Source: Eledone cirrhosa (Eukaryota). From it: a stretch of 64,000 nucleotides of DNA. The DNA is taken from the NCBI GenBank assembly GCA_964016885.1, contig OZ024766.1, positions 15,996,001 through 16,060,000 on the forward strand. Direction: 5' to 3'. Numbering within the stretch: position 1 is the first letter of the stretch; each line of letters starts with the position of its first letter. Shown one piece after another: positions 10,867-25,638 of the stretch. The position numbers and the translations under genes are program-made. The notes beneath the pieces are model-generated. The model did not search any database, was not told the origin of the DNA, and saw only the letters and a program-made list of their open reading frames with translations.

Positions 10867-12072
10867 CAAAGTCATATCTCATTGTCTCAAAATTGTAAAT
10901 TAATTAGACACAAATACATTCATATGAGTGAGAAGCCATACCACTGTGATATTGTGGAGAAATTATTCTCTTGTATTGCTACATTAACTACATACAAACA
11001 TAAATATATACTGGAGAAAAGCCATATTACTGTGATATCTGTGAGAAATTGTTATCTATAAAAGCTAGCTTAACTAGACACAAAGATATATATACAGGAG
11101 AGAAACCATATCACTGTGATATCTGTGGGAAATCATTCTCTGAAATAAGTCACTTCACTCAGCACTAACATTTAAAGAAAAGGAACCATATCATTGTGAT
11201 ATCTGCAGTAAATCATTCTCTAAATGTGGCTTCACTACACACTAACATATACAGGAGAGGAACCATATCACTGTGATGTCTGTGGTAAATCCTTCTCTAA
11301 ATGTTTTGTTTTCTCTAGAAACTAACATACAGGAGAGGAACCATATCACTGTGATGTCTGTCGTAAATCATTCTCTAAATGTTGTGGCTTCACTAGACAC
11401 TAACTTACACAGGAGAGGAACCATATCACTGTGATGTCTGTGATAAATCCTTCTCTAAATGTTGTGACTTCACTAGACACAAACATATACAGGAGAGGAA
11501 GCATATCACTGTGATGTCTGTCGTAAATCATTCTCTAAATGTTGTGACTTCACTAGAAACTAACATATAAAGGAGAGGAACCATATCACTGTTGTCTGTG
11601 GCAAATCATTTTCTAAATGTTGTGGTACCAACATAAGGTTACTTAATGCTACACAAACACAATCAGACAAGATAAAAACCATGTCACTCACCCAAAATAG
11701 TGCCACCAATGTTGTTAATGTTTCGAATAAAACTTGTTTGTTCTGAAATTATTCTCCGTTCATTTTATTTGTAGAAGTTTTAACCAAGACTTGTGCTGAC
11801 AAATCTGTATGGTACAGAATTTACAAACACTATATATATATATATATATATATGTGCCAAAACATCTATGATCTCGGTTTACAGCTGATGAAGGGTTTAT
11901 TTTCTCCTTTCATCCATATTACCATCTTAAACTTTGTTTACAGTAACCACACAGCTCCTTTCGTTTCTTATAATTTTATATATATATATATATAACAAAG
12001 GAGGTGTGGTAAAGAACCAGATGGACCATATACGCACCAGAGTACTCAATACTTTGGGTAGTAGAGCGGGTA

Positions 12073-12195
12073 ATAGGAAAATGTTTAACCCCGACGGCAG
12101 AGCTCAATCCGTTTCAACGGCTATTTCTGGAAACAGTCCAGACATAACCGTCGAAATGGCTTGAGCTCTGCCGTCGGGGTTAAACATTTTCCTAT
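12073..12195. repeat. Palindrome A, copy 2
   Basis: Same inverted repeat as 1875-1997. Confidence 0.9.
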
Positions 12196-12505
12196 ATATA
12201 TATATACATATGTATGAGTGTATATGTCAGTGTGTAGAAATTTCTGTCCATGAAAATGATTATCTTTATTTGTGTATATATATGTATGTGTATGTTTATA
12301 TGTGTTCTTATATACATGTGTGCACATCTTGATATATTTTCAGTGTCTGTTCTAGTTCTCAGAGTACAAATCCCACAGGTAAAGTTGCTTCGATATTTTG
12401 AGGTCATTAAATGAAATACCAGTGAAATACTGGGGTGGTTAATTCCTCTTCTTTGTCATTGTCTGTTTGTCTACTCTTCTCTTTCTCTGTATTTATATAT
12501 ATATA

Positions 12506-12701
12506 TCCAAAATTAAGATATATTAAAATAAAATTAATCTAAATCAAATTATGGGAGTCATGCCAGAAAGACATGCGCCATATCACCCGTAAAATAAGGT
12601 CCATGGAGCTTATTTTATGGGTGATATGGCGCATGTCTTTCTGGTATGACACCCATAATTTGATATAGATTAATTTTGTTTTAATTTATCTTAATTTTTG
12701 A
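12506..12701. repeat. Palindrome B, copy 2
   Basis: Same inverted repeat as 2313-2502. Confidence 0.88.
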
Positions 12702-13499
12702 TATATATAAATACGGCCTCTTAATTGTAGAGCTAACTCTGTTGAAAGGACCTGACTGCTGTTTCTAGTTGTCAATATCCCTATTCACGCAACTGGGATG
12801 AAGCTGGTATGATGTGTTACTGGTCAGTCGCTGATTTGAACTTGATGCGTAAACACAGATGGTTGGACTTTTTCCTGGTTGAGAATCCAAGATCTGGCTA
12901 CTGTCGTTTACCAATCGATTATTTGGTGAAATATATTTCTTTAATGGAATATATACAAGGAAGATTACTCATTTTCTAAGGTATCTATTTTTGAAATTCT
13001 AGTTAAATTTATTTAGTTACCTACCTAGCTATGTGTGCTTACACACATTTACAAATTATCCCCTGTGATTGTTTCATATGTTTATTTATATGTCAATTTC
13101 TAGTTGATATATATATATAAATATAAATATATATATATATACGTGGAAAAGTAAAATATAGCAGAACAGACCGTTAAAAGATGTTTATTTAAAATAGCAC
13201 CTATGTAATGAAGACATGACAAATTGTCCTCGCGCCCTCTCTATTTATAGAGAAAAGGTGAAGTTGGAAATAGCACGGAAAATATATTTTAGGGGTCTGT
13301 TTTTCTGTTATTTATCTTTTGATTCGTCAAAGTGACATTATTGAAAATATGGGAGGGACATCATCATTCATCATCATTTCATTTCACGTCCGCTTTCTCC
13401 CTGCTTGCAAGGGTGGGACGGGAACTGATTCTGGCTTGATTTCTACAGATGGAAGCCCTTCCTAACGCCAACCTCATTTACAGTGAGTGCTGGGTGTTG

Positions 13500-16400
13500 T
13501 CATGTTGAATGTTTTTCAAGATGTTATGGTCGGCATATTTCTGGTCATCCACCAGTCAAGGTTTATTTTCATACACAAACTTACGCAACACTTCAATATC
13601 ATGGTTTGTCTCCTGAAAAACTGATTGTATTACCTCAATTTCTTCTGGCTCTGGCATCCTGGATTGCTATTCATTGCTGGAATTCAATGGGACAGGTTGC
13701 ACAGAGGTTGATTGTAAATCCTGGAGGTAGATTCCACATAAATATTGCTATAACATCTTTGGGCTGGGTGTAGATAGTCGTCTGACATATTGTTTTTGTA
13801 CTCCTGCCAGGGTAGATGAGATTTATTCCACATGCTGTGAGTATAGTAGCAAACAACTGTCTTATTTAACTGGCTACTCCAGTGTCTGCTCCTTCTAGTC
13901 TCTTCTTCCAATGTCAGTTGTCATACAGGAGTCCATGGCTGACTTATTTAACTGGCTACTCCAGTGACTGCTCCTTCTAGTCCCTTCTTCCAATGTCAGT
14001 TGTCATACAGGTGTCAATGGCTGTTATTTTACTGGCTACTCCAGTGACTGCTCCTTCTGGTCCCTTCTTCCAATGATAGTTGTCATACAGGTGTCAATGG
14101 CTGTTATTTAACTGGCTACTGCAGTGACTGCTCCTTCTGGTCCCTTCTTCCAATGTCAGTTGTCATACAGGTGTCAATGGCTGTTATTTAACTGACTGCT
14201 CCTTCTAGTCCCTTTTTCCAATGTCAGTTGTCATACAGGTGTCCATGGCTGTCTTATTTAACTGGCTACTCCAGTGACTGCCCCTTCTAGTCCCTTCTTC
14301 CAATGTCAGTTGTCATACAGGTGTCCATGGCTGTCTTATTTAACTGGCTACTCCAGTGACTGCCCCTTCTAGTCCCTTCTTCCAATGTCAGTTGTCATAC
14401 AGGTGTCCATGGCTGTCTTATTTAACTGGCTACTCCAGTGACTGCCCCTTCTAGTCCCTTCTTCCAATGTCAGTTGTCATACAGGAGTCCATGGCTGTCT
14501 TATTTAACTGGCTACTCCAGTGACTGCCCCTTCTAGTCCCTTCTTCCAATGTCAGTTGTCATACAGGTGTCCATGGCTGTCTTATTTAACTGGCTACTCC
14601 AGTGACTGCTCCTTCTCGTCTCTCTTTCCAATATCAGTTGTCTTACAGGAGTCCATGGCTGTCTTATTTAACTGGCTACTCCAGTGACTGCTCCTGCTAG
14701 TCTCTTCTTCCAATGTCAGTTGTCATACAGGAGTCCATGGCTGTCATATTTAACTGGCTACTCCAGTGACTGCTCCTTCTAGTCCCTTCTTCCAATGTCA
14801 GTTGTCATACAGGTGTCCATGACTGTCTTATTTAACTGGATACTCCAGTGATTGCCCCATCTAGTCTCTTCTTCCAATGTCAGTTGACATACAGGTGTCC
14901 ATGGCTGTCTTATTTAACTGGCTACTCCAGTGACTGCTCCCTCTAGTCCCTTCTTCCAATGTCAGTTGTCATACAGGAGTCCATGACTGTCTTATTTAAC
15001 TGGCTACTCCAGTGACTGCTCCTTCTAGTCCCTTCTTCCAATATCAGTTGTCATACAGAAGTCCATGGCTGTCTTATTTAACTGGCTACTCCAGTGACTG
15101 CTCCTTCTAGTCCCTTCTTCCAATGTCAGTTGTCATACAGGTGTCCATGGCTGTCTTATTTAACTGGCTACTCCAGTGACTGCTACTTCTAGTCTCTTCT
15201 TCCAATATCAGTTGTCATACAGGAGTCCATGGCTGTCTTATTTAACTGGCTACTCAAGTGACTGCTCCTTCTAGTCCATTCTTCCAATGTCAGTTGTCAT
15301 ACAGGAGTCCATGGTTGTCTTATTTAACTGGCTACTCAAGTGACTGCTCCTTCTAGTCCATTCTTCCAATGTCAGTTGTCATACAGGAGTCCATGGTTGT
15401 CTTATTTAACTGGCTACTCAAGTGACTGCTCCTTCCAGTCCATTCTTCCAACGTCAGTTGTCATACAGGAGTCGATGGCTGTCTTATTTAACTGGCTACT
15501 CAAGTGACTGCTCCTTCTAGTCCATTCTTCCAATGTCAGTTGTCATACAGGAGTCCATGGTTGTCTTATTTAACTGACTACTCCAGTGACTGCTCCTTTT
15601 AGTCCCTTCTTCCAATGTCAGTTGTCATACAGGTGTCCATGGCTGTCTTATTTAACTGGCTACTCCAGTGACTGCTCCTTCTAGTCTCTTCTTCTAATGT
15701 CAGTTGTCATACAGGTGTCCATGGCTGTCTTATTTAACTGGCTACTCCAGTGACTGCTCCTTCTAGTCCCTTCTTCCAATGTCAGTTGTCATACAGGTGT
15801 CCATGGCTGACTTATTTAACTGGCTACTCCAGTGACTGCTCCTTCTAGTCCCTTCTTCCAATGTCAGTTGTCATACAGGTGTCCATGGCTGTCTTATTGA
15901 AATGGCTACTCCAGTGACTGCTCCTTCTAGTCCCTTCTTCCAATGTCAATTGTCATACAGGTGTCCATGGCTGTCTTATTTAACTGGCTACTCCAGTGAC
16001 TGCTCCTTCTAGTCCCTTCTTCCAATGTCAGTTGTCATACAGGTGTCCATGGCTGTCTTATTTAACTGGCTACTCCAGTGACTGCTCCTTCTAGTCCCTT
16101 CTTCCAATGTCAGTTGTCATACAGGTGTACATGGCTGACTTATTTAACTGGCTACTCCAGTGATTGCCCCTTCTAGTCTCTTCTTCCAATGTCAGTTATA
16201 CAGGTGTCCATGGCTGTCTTATTTAACTGGCTACTCCTGTGACTGCTCCTTCTAGTCTCTTCTTCCAATGTCAGTTGTCATACAGGAGTCCATGGCTGTC
16301 TTATTTAACTGGCTACTCCAGTGATTTCCCCTTCTAGTCCCTTCTTCCAATGTCAGTTGTCATACAGGAGTCCATGGCTGTCTTATTTAACTGGCTACTT

Positions 16401-19400
16401 CAGTGACTGCTCCTTCTAGTCCCTTCTTCCAATGTCAGTTGTCATACAGGAGTCCATGTCTGTCTTATTTAACTGGCTACTCCAGTGACTGCTCCTTCTA
16501 GTCCCTTCTTCCAATGTTAGTTGTCATACAGGTGTCCATGGCTGTCTTATTTAACTGGCTACTCCAGTGACTGCTCCTTTTAGTCCCTTCTTCCAATGTC
16601 AGTTGTCATACAGGTGTCCATGGCTGTCTTATTTAACTGGTTACTCCAGTGGCTGCTCCTTCTAGTCCCTTCTTCCAATGTCAGTTGTCATACAGGAGTC
16701 CATGTCTGTCTTATTTAACTGGCTACTCCAGTGACTGCTCCTTCTAGTCCCTTCTTCCAATGTTAGTTGTCATACAGGTGTCCATGGCTGTCTTATTTAA
16801 CTGGCTACTCCAGTGACTGCTCCTTTTAGTCCCTTCTTCCAATGTCAGTTGTCATACAGGTGTCCATGGCTGTCTTATTTAACTGGCTACTCCAGTGACT
16901 GCCCCTTCTAGTCTCTTCTTCCAACGTCAGTTGTCATACAGGTGTCCATGTCTGTCTTATTTAACTGGCTACTCCTGTGACTGCTCCTTCTAGTCTCTTC
17001 TTCCAATGTCAGTTATCATACAGGAGTCCATGGCTGTCTTATTTAACTGGCCACTCCAGTGACTGCTCCTTCTAGTCTCTTCTTCCAATGTCAGTTGTCA
17101 TACAGGTGTCCATGGCTGTCTTACTTAACTGGCTACTCCAGTGATTTCCCCTTCTAGTCCCTTCTTCCAATGTCAGTTGTCATACAGGAGTCCATGGCTG
17201 TCTTATTTAACTGGCTACTGCAGTGACTGCTCCTTCTAGTCTCTTCTTCCAATATCAGTTGTCATACAGGTGTCCATGGCTGTCTTATTTAACTGGCTAC
17301 TCCAGTGACTGCTCCTTCTAGTCCCTTCTTCCAATGTCAGTTGTTATACAGGTGTCCATGGCTGTCTTATTTAACTGGCTACTCCAGTGATTTCCCCTTC
17401 TAGTCCCTTCTTCCAATGTCAGTTGTCATACTGGAGTCCATGGCTGTCTTATTTAACTGGCTACTGCAGTGACTGCTCCTTCTAGTCTCTTCTTCCAATA
17501 TCAGTTGTCATACAGGTGTCCATGGCTGTCTTATTTAACTGGCTACTCCAATGACTGCTCCTTCTAGTCCCTTCTTCCAATGTCAGTTGTCATACAGGTG
17601 TCCATGGCTGTCTTATTTAACTGGCTACTGCAGTGACTGCTCCTTCTTCTCTCTTCTTCCAATGTCAGTTGTCATACAGGAGTCCATGGCTGTCTTATTT
17701 AACTGGCTACTCCATTGATTTCCCCTTCTAGTCCCTTCTTCCAATGTCAGTTGTTATACAGGTGTCCATGGCTGTCTTATTTAACTGGCTACTCCAGTGA
17801 TTTCCCCTTCTAGTCCCTTCTTCCAATGTCAGTTGTCATACAGGAGTCCATGGCTGTCTTATTTAACTGGCTACTCCAGTGATTTCCCCTTCTAGTCACT
17901 TCTTCCAATGTCAGTTCTCATACAGGTGTCCATGGCTGTCTTATTTAACTGGCTACTCCAGTGACTGCTCCTTCTAGTCCCTTCTTCCAATGTCAGTTGT
18001 CATACAGGTGTCCATGGCTGTCTTATTTAACTGGCTACTCCAGTGACTGCTCCTTCTAGTCTCTTCTTCTAATGTCAGTTGTCATACAGGTGTCCATGGC
18101 TGTCTTATTTAACTGACTGTTCCTTCTAGTCCCTTCTTCCAATGTCAGTTGTCATACAGGTGTCCATGGCTGACTTATTTAACTGGCTACTCCAGTGACT
18201 GCTCCTTCTAGTCCCTTCTTCCAATGTTAGTTGTCATACCGGTGTCCATGGCTGTCTTATTTAACTGGCTACTCCAGTGACTGCTCCTTCTAGTCTCTTC
18301 TTCCAATGTCAGTTGTCATACAGGTGTACATGGCTGACTTATTTAACTGGCTACTCCAGTGATTGCCCCTTCTAGTCTCTTCTTCCAATGTCAGTTATCA
18401 TACAGGAGTCCATGGCTGTCTTATTTAACTGGCTACTCAAGTGACTGCTCCTTCTAGTCCATTCTTCCAATGTCAGTTGTCATACAGGTGTCCATGGCTG
18501 TCTTATTTAACTGGCTACTCCAATGACTGCTCCTTCTAGTCCCTTCTTCCAATGTCAGTTGTCATACAGGTGTCCATGGCTGTCTTATTTAACTGGCTAC
18601 TGCAGTGACTGCTCCTTCTACTCTCTTCTTCCAATGTCAGTTGTCATACAGGAGTCCATGGCTGTCTTATTTAACTGGCTACTCCATTGATTTCCCCTTC
18701 TAGTCTCTTCTTCCAATGTCAGTTGTCATACAGGTGTGCATGGCTGACTTATTTAACTGGCTACTCCAGTGATTGCCCCTTCTAGTCTCTTCTTCCAATG
18801 TCAGTTGTCATACAGGAGTCCATGGCTGTCTTATTTAACTGGCTACTGCAGTGACTGCTCCTTCTAGTCTCTTCTTCCAATATCAGTTGTCATACAGGTG
18901 TCCATGGCTGTCTTATTTAACTGGCTACTCCAGTGACTGCTCCTTCTAGTCCCTTCTTCCAATGTCAGTTGTTATACAGGTGTCCATGGCTGTCTTATTT
19001 AACTGGCTACTCCAGTGATTTCCCCTTCTAGTCCCTTCTTCCAATGTCAGTTGTCATACTGGAGTCCATGGCTGTCTTATTTAACTGGCTACTGCAGTGA
19101 CTGCTCCTTCTAGTCTCTTCTTCCAATATCAGTTGTCATACAGGTGTCCATGGCTGTCTTATTTAACTGGCTACTCCAATGACTGCTCCTTCTAGTCCCT
19201 TCTTCCAATGTCAGTTGTCATACAGGTGTCCATGGCTGTCTTATTTAACTGGCTACTGCAGTGACTGCTCCTTCTTCTCTCTTCTTCCAATGTCAGTTGT
19301 CATACAGGAGTCCATGGCTGTCTTATTTAACTGGCTACTCCATTGATTTCCCCTTCTAGTCCCTTCTTCCAATGTCAGTTGTTATACAGGTGTCCATGGC

Positions 19401-22400
19401 TGTCTTATTTAACTGGCTACTCCAGTGATTTCCCCTTCTAGTCCCTTCTTCCAATGTCAGTTGTCATACAGGAGTCCATGGCTGTCTTATTTAACTGGCT
19501 ACTCCAGTGATTTCCCCTTCTAGTCACTTCTTCCAATGTCAGTTCTCATACAGGTGTCCATGGCTGTCTTATTTAACTGGCTACTCCAGTGACTGCTCCT
19601 TCTAGTCCCTTCTTCCAATGTCAGTTGTCATACAGGTGTCCATGGCTGTCTTATTTAACTGGCTACTCCAGTGACTGCTCCTTCTAGTCTCTTCTTCTAA
19701 TGTCAGTTGTCATACAGGTGTCCATGGCTGTCTTATTTAACTGACTGTTCCTTCTAGTCCCTTCTTCCAATGTCAGTTGTCATACAGGTGTCCATGGCTG
19801 ACTTATTTAACTGGCTACTCCAGTGACTGCTCCTTCTAGTCCCTTCTTCCAATGTTAGTTGTCATACCGGTGTCCATGGCTGTCTTATTTAACTGGCTAC
19901 TCCAGTGACTGCTCCTTCTAGTCTCTTCTTCCAATGTCAGTTGTCATACAGGTGTACATGGCTGACTTATTTAACTGGCTACTCCAGTGATTGCCCCTTC
20001 TAGTCTCTTCTTCCAATGTCAGTTATCATACAGGAGTCCATGGCTGTCTTATTTAACTGGCTACTCAAGTGACTGCTCCTTCTAGTCCATTCTTCCAATG
20101 TCAGTTGTCATACAGGTGTCCATGGCTGTCTTATTTAACTGGCTACTCCAATGACTGCTCCTTCTAGTCCCTTCTTCCAATGTCAGTTGTCATACAGGTG
20201 TCCATGGCTGTCTTATTTAACTGGCTACTGCAGTGACTGCTCCTTCTACTCTCTTCTTCCAATGTCAGTTGTCATACAGGAGTCCATGGCTGTCTTATTT
20301 AACTGGCTACTCCATTGATTTCCCCTTCTAGTCTCTTCTTCCAATGTCAGTTGTCATACAGGTGTGCATGGCTGACTTATTTAACTGGCTACTCCAGTGA
20401 TTGCCCCTTCTAGTCTCTTCTTCCAATGTCAGTTGTCATACAGGAGTCCATGGCTGTCTTATTTAACTGGCTACTGCAGTGACTGCTCCTTCTAGTCTCT
20501 TCTTCCAATATCAGTTGTCATACAGGTGTCCATGGCTGTCTTATTTAACTGGCTACTCCAGTGACTGCTCCTTCTAGTCCCTTCTTCCAATGTCAGTTGT
20601 TATACAGGTGTCCATGGCTGTCTTATTTAACTGGCTACTCCAGTGATTTCCCCTTCTAGTCCCTTCTTCCAATGTCAGTTGTCATACTGGAGTCCATGGC
20701 TGTCTTATTTAACTGGCTACTGCAGTGACTGCTCCTTCTAGTCTCTTCTTCCAATATCAGTTGTCATACAGGTGTCCATGGCTGTCTTATTTAACTGGCT
20801 ACTCCAATGACTGCTCCTTCTAGTCCCTTCTTCCAATGTCAGTTGTCATACAGGTGTCCATGGCTGTCTTATTTAACTGGCTACTGCAGTGACTGCTCCT
20901 TCTTCTCTCTTCTTCCAATGTCAGTTGTCATACAGGAGTCCATGGCTGTCTTAATTAACTGGCTACTCCATTGATTTCCCCTTCTAGTCCCTTCTTCCAA
21001 TGTCAGTTGTTATACAGGTGTCCATGGCTGTCTTATTTAACTGGCTACTCCAGTGATTTCCCCTTCTAGTCCCTTCTTCCAATGTCAGTTGTCATACAGG
21101 AGTCCATGGCTGTCTTATTTAACTGGCTACTCCAGTGATTTCCCCTTCTAGTCACTTCTTCCAATGTCAGTTCTCATACAGGTGTCCATGGCTGTCTTAT
21201 TTAACTGGCTACTCCAGTGACTGCTCCTTCTAGTCCCTTCTTCCAATGTCAGTTGTCATACAGGTGTCCATGGCTGTCTTATTTAACTGGCTACTCCAGT
21301 GACTGCTCCTTCTAGTCTCTTCTTCTAATGTCAGTTGTCATACAGGTGTCCATGGCTGTCTTATTTAACTGACTGCTCCTTCTAGTCCCTTCTTCCAATG
21401 TCAGTTGTCATACAGGTGTCCATGGCTGACTTATTTAACTGGCTACTCCAGTGACTGCTCCTTCTAGTCCCTTCTTCCAATGTTAGTTGTCATACCGGTG
21501 TCCATGGCTGTCTTATTTAACTGGCTACTCCAGTGACTGCTCCTTCTAGTCTCTTCTTCCAATGTCAGTTGTCATACAGGTGTACATGGCTGACTTATTT
21601 AACTGGCTACTCCAGTGATTGCCCCTTCTAGTCTCTTCTTCCAATGTCAGTTATCATACAGGAGTCCATGGCTGTCTTATTTAACTGGCTACTCAAGTGA
21701 CTGCTCCTTCTAGTCCATTCTTCCAATGTCAGTTGTCATACAGGTGTCCATGGCTGTCTTATTTAACTGGCTACTCCAATGACTGCTCCTTCTAGTCCCT
21801 TCTTCCAATGTCAGTTGTCATACAGGTGTCCATGGCTGTCTTATTTAACTGGCTACTGCAGTGACTGCTCCTTCTACTCTCTTCTTCCAATGTCAGTTGT
21901 CATACAGGAGTCCATGGCTGTCTTATTTAACTGGCTACTCCATTGATTTCCCCTTCTAGTCCCTTCTTCCAATGTCAGTTGTCATACAGGTGTCCATGGC
22001 TGTCTTATTTAACTGGCTACTCCAGTGATTTCCACTTCTAGTCCCTTCTTCCAATGTCAGTTGTCATACAGGAGTCCATGGCTGTCTTATTTAACTGGCT
22101 ACTCCAGTGATTTCCCCTTCTAGTCACTTCTTCCAATGTCAGTTGTCATACAGGTGTCCATGGCTGTCTTATTTAACTGGCTACTCCAGTGACTTCCCCT
22201 TCTAGTCTCTTCTTCCAATGTCAATTGCCCCATGCATGAGTTGTTGTTCTTTAGATGCTTCTTGGTATGTGCTGCACTCTTCCACCAAATCACCTGAGAT
22301 CCTCAAATAACGTTGGTCCTTGAACAATATGCAGAAGTGACTGTAAATAAAAACTCTCTCTGTTGTTGGGGTGGTCATTGTAAACATGCCCAATAGCATC

Positions 22401-22640
22401 ACTTGCCTTGACTTCATCACCTTCCACTAAATGACCCTGCTTCCTTTGATTCCAAGTCTTACAATTGGTCCAGGTGTAGTATTTTGGGATGTCAGCATAT
22501 AGGAGGGATCGAACAAATTCTTTATTCTGGCAGAGTTTCAAAAAAGCAGTTAGAGTAGTGTCAGGTGGTACTGGTGTCAACTAATGAGCAGTGGTTTCAG
22601 TGAAGTACACACTCTGTCCATTTTCTATATGTATAGAGAT
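13500..22640 (-). mobile_element. Helitron RepHel fragment copy 2, split by 8.4 kb of satellite
   Basis: ORF pieces 22290-22580 (PPDTTLTAFLKLCQ...GPTLFEDLR) and 13671-13856 (LFATILTACG) flank the array. Confidence 0.85.
13857..22223. repeat. 82-bp satellite array 2 (~102 monomers) with a 20-monomer higher-order repeat
   Basis: Same monomer. The variant cataCTggag recurs at 17431, 19059 and 20687 (period 1628). Confidence 0.97.
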
Positions 22641-25638
22641 AAGGATGAAAAGCAAAGTTAATCTCTCAGAGGTTAGCTTTGCCTTTCATCCTTACGGGGT
22701 CGGTAAAATAAAGTACCAGTAATGTACTAGGGTAATTGCTGACCTTGTGCCTAATGTAGAAACAATTATTACGAGGTCGATAAAATAAAGTACCAGTAAT
22801 TCACTGGGGTATTTACTGGCCTTGTGCCAAAAGTAGAAACAATTATCACATTTCTTTTTTATAAATCACATCACTATATAATTAAGTACGACTGGAACTG
22901 TGTCTGAAGGTATTAAATTATGTCAGGGACTTTTAACGTTTGACACCGTACGAGAGTTTAAACATTCGCCAAGACACCGAGTACCTGCTGTCTTCGTGAT
23001 AACTTTAATTAATCTAATTATATCTTGTGTAACAATTATATATATATACACACACACAATTTTAATACCCCGACACCAGTCTTACACTGTCATATCTATT
23101 CTTACTTTACAATTGTGTCTACTAAGAGTTCCATTACAATCTGTAGTAGTAAAACTACTATTTCACCAGAACATCTGCTCTCAGTCATTTATAGACAATA
23201 TATATATTTTAGACCACATATCAACCTAATATATATATATTTCCTATCAAATCTGTAGCTAAAGACATAAAGTCAGCCTCACTACTTCATTCTAACAAGA
23301 TATCAATTTATGACTAAAGATGAAGAAGATACACCAACGTTAATGTCGTGAAATAAAGCTGATAACATTGAAACTTCTAATTTGATAACAAAGAGATTAT
23401 TTCTTTGGTTGTTTAGTAACAACTAACAACACAACACATTGATTATATTTGAAGGAGGTAAGTTGACAAAGATTTACTTAATGTCTATATTAATGTGTGT
23501 AAATAATATAATTATGTGACCCCTACAACGATCTAGTAATTAACCAGATTCCACTGTTACATGTGATATAAAATATATTGTTATCATGACTGTCTTTATT
23601 ATTTAAATTACCTCCGTCTATTTAATTATCTTGTTCACTACCTTACATTATAAAATATAGTTTATATTTAGCTGTACCTTGTTATTGCTTTAAATAAATT
23701 AAAGATATATTTATTATTTAAATTACCTCCGTCTATTTAATTATCTTGTTCACTACCTTACATTATAAAATATAGTTTATATTTAGCTATACCTTGTTAT
23801 TGCTTTAAGTAAATTAAAGATATCTTTATTATTTAAATTACCTCCGTCTATTTAATTATGTGGTTCACTACCTTACATTATAAAATATATTTTATATTTA
23901 GCTGTACCGTGTTGTTGCTTTAAGTAAATTAATATTTTGTCTATTTTAGTCTAAATCTCTTACAATTTAATTAACTTCATCTACTTATGGTTGAACATTA
24001 CTTTATTGTGGGTTTCATTTCATTAAAATTATGTCTGAGTTAGCCAGCCAAGTAGTGGTTGAGTATCTGTATTTCAGGGCACTGCTTTGATGGTGAAGGG
24101 ACATCTGTTGGTGTGGGATCTCGGTGGCTGTACATAATAAGGTTCTAATACTCTAAAGAGCTAGCTGAATAACCGTCTGATACATGTCTTGTATAGAGGA
24201 TCATAAAGCCATGTATAGAAGAGTAGTCAGCAATGTCAGGATTAACATTCATAGTGAAGTGGCAGTATCGGTAGAGAGTCGGACACCATGCTTTGAGGCA
24301 CAGAGTTACGTCCCTTTATGATCTGAGTTCAAATCCCGCCGAGGTTAACTTTGCCTTACATCCATGTGGGGTCTATAAAATAAAGTACCAGTAATGTACT
24401 GGGTAATTGCTGGCCTTATGTTTAAAATAGAAACGATTATAGTGAAGAATTTGGAGTGTAATCTGGTGTCCACCAGGGCTCTGTTCTTAGCCCTCACTTA
24501 GTTATTATCGTCCTGCAGCCTATAACAGAGATGTTTAAGACTGGCTGCCCATGGGCACTCCTGTATGCTCAGCAGGTCCTGAAGAATGCGATCATATGCA
24601 TTTTCAAGGTCTATAAAACGATAATATATACCTCTTAGCAATACTCCCACGATTTCACAAAGACCTGCCACATAGTGAATAATTGGTGGGTTATGTTGCA
24701 CCCAGGGAGAAAACAGCACTATCCATCAGCTAGCTTGGACTCGATACATCACTTTGCCAGAAACTTAGCATATACTTTACCAGGGAGGCTTAACAAGGTG
24801 ATCCCTCTCTATTTGGAACAATCTCTCGTGTCTCCCTTTTTATAAATTGCGATTATTACTCCCGAGTGCCATTTCAGAGACCCAGGCCATCTGACACACA
24901 TGAGTTGGTCACATTTGAGCTCTTTAATTGCTCTTGTGACCTCAGCCTCCGAGAGATTAGTCACCGCTGTCAGATTCACCTCATGTACATCCGAAGATGC
25001 TGTTGTGATCGGGTTTGGGAGATCAGCAAAGTATTCTCTCCACCTCATGAGGATCCATCTCTCTGAAGAGAAGAGAACCCCAGATACACTCATGGTTGCA
25101 GGTGTGGAGGAAGATTTCTTGTAACTAATTAAAAATTAAAATAATTTGATTTTTCAATAAAAAGTTTCTAGGGTTTATAGATGTAAAGTTTCCACTGTTA
25201 AATCTATCTCTGCTTCTTAAGTATTCTCTATTATCTCATACTGTTTCTTTTTCATTTCAGAATATCAGATGACATTGGGATAAATTATTATTTTCAATCT
25301 TGGATACATCACCTCTATTTATCATCATTTGAAGATTAAAACTTTTTAAACAGAACTTATATAACACTGTTTATATAAATCTATCAGAATTACTGTGATA
25401 TATTTCCTCAGAACTGAGTTTAAAGACAAAATTCCTTTTCTTCACAGTGTGGTATATATATGGGAGATATATTTTGTATTTTAACTCAGCTTCAATGACA
25501 AAGAAGTTTGATCATTTCAGATATTAACTGAGATCATAATTGAGGGAAATATAACAGAAGTAATATTTTTTAGGAATATAATATAAAAAATATTAAAGAA
25601 TAACATCTGTAAATTCTGCCAAGGGAAGAAGAATTATT

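Noticed and set aside
13857-22223. CRISPR-like array
   Set aside because: Monomers are head-to-tail with no unique spacers, there are no cas genes, and the context is eukaryotic.
22900-23258. Recurrent 60-110 aa ORFs in the spacer (also ~5779, 31276, 38327, 45602) and in the TA-rich/palindrome region (1589-2155, 42991-43550)
   Set aside because: They have non-ATG or variable starts, microsatellite-driven composition and frames that differ among copies. They recur only because the cassette is duplicated.
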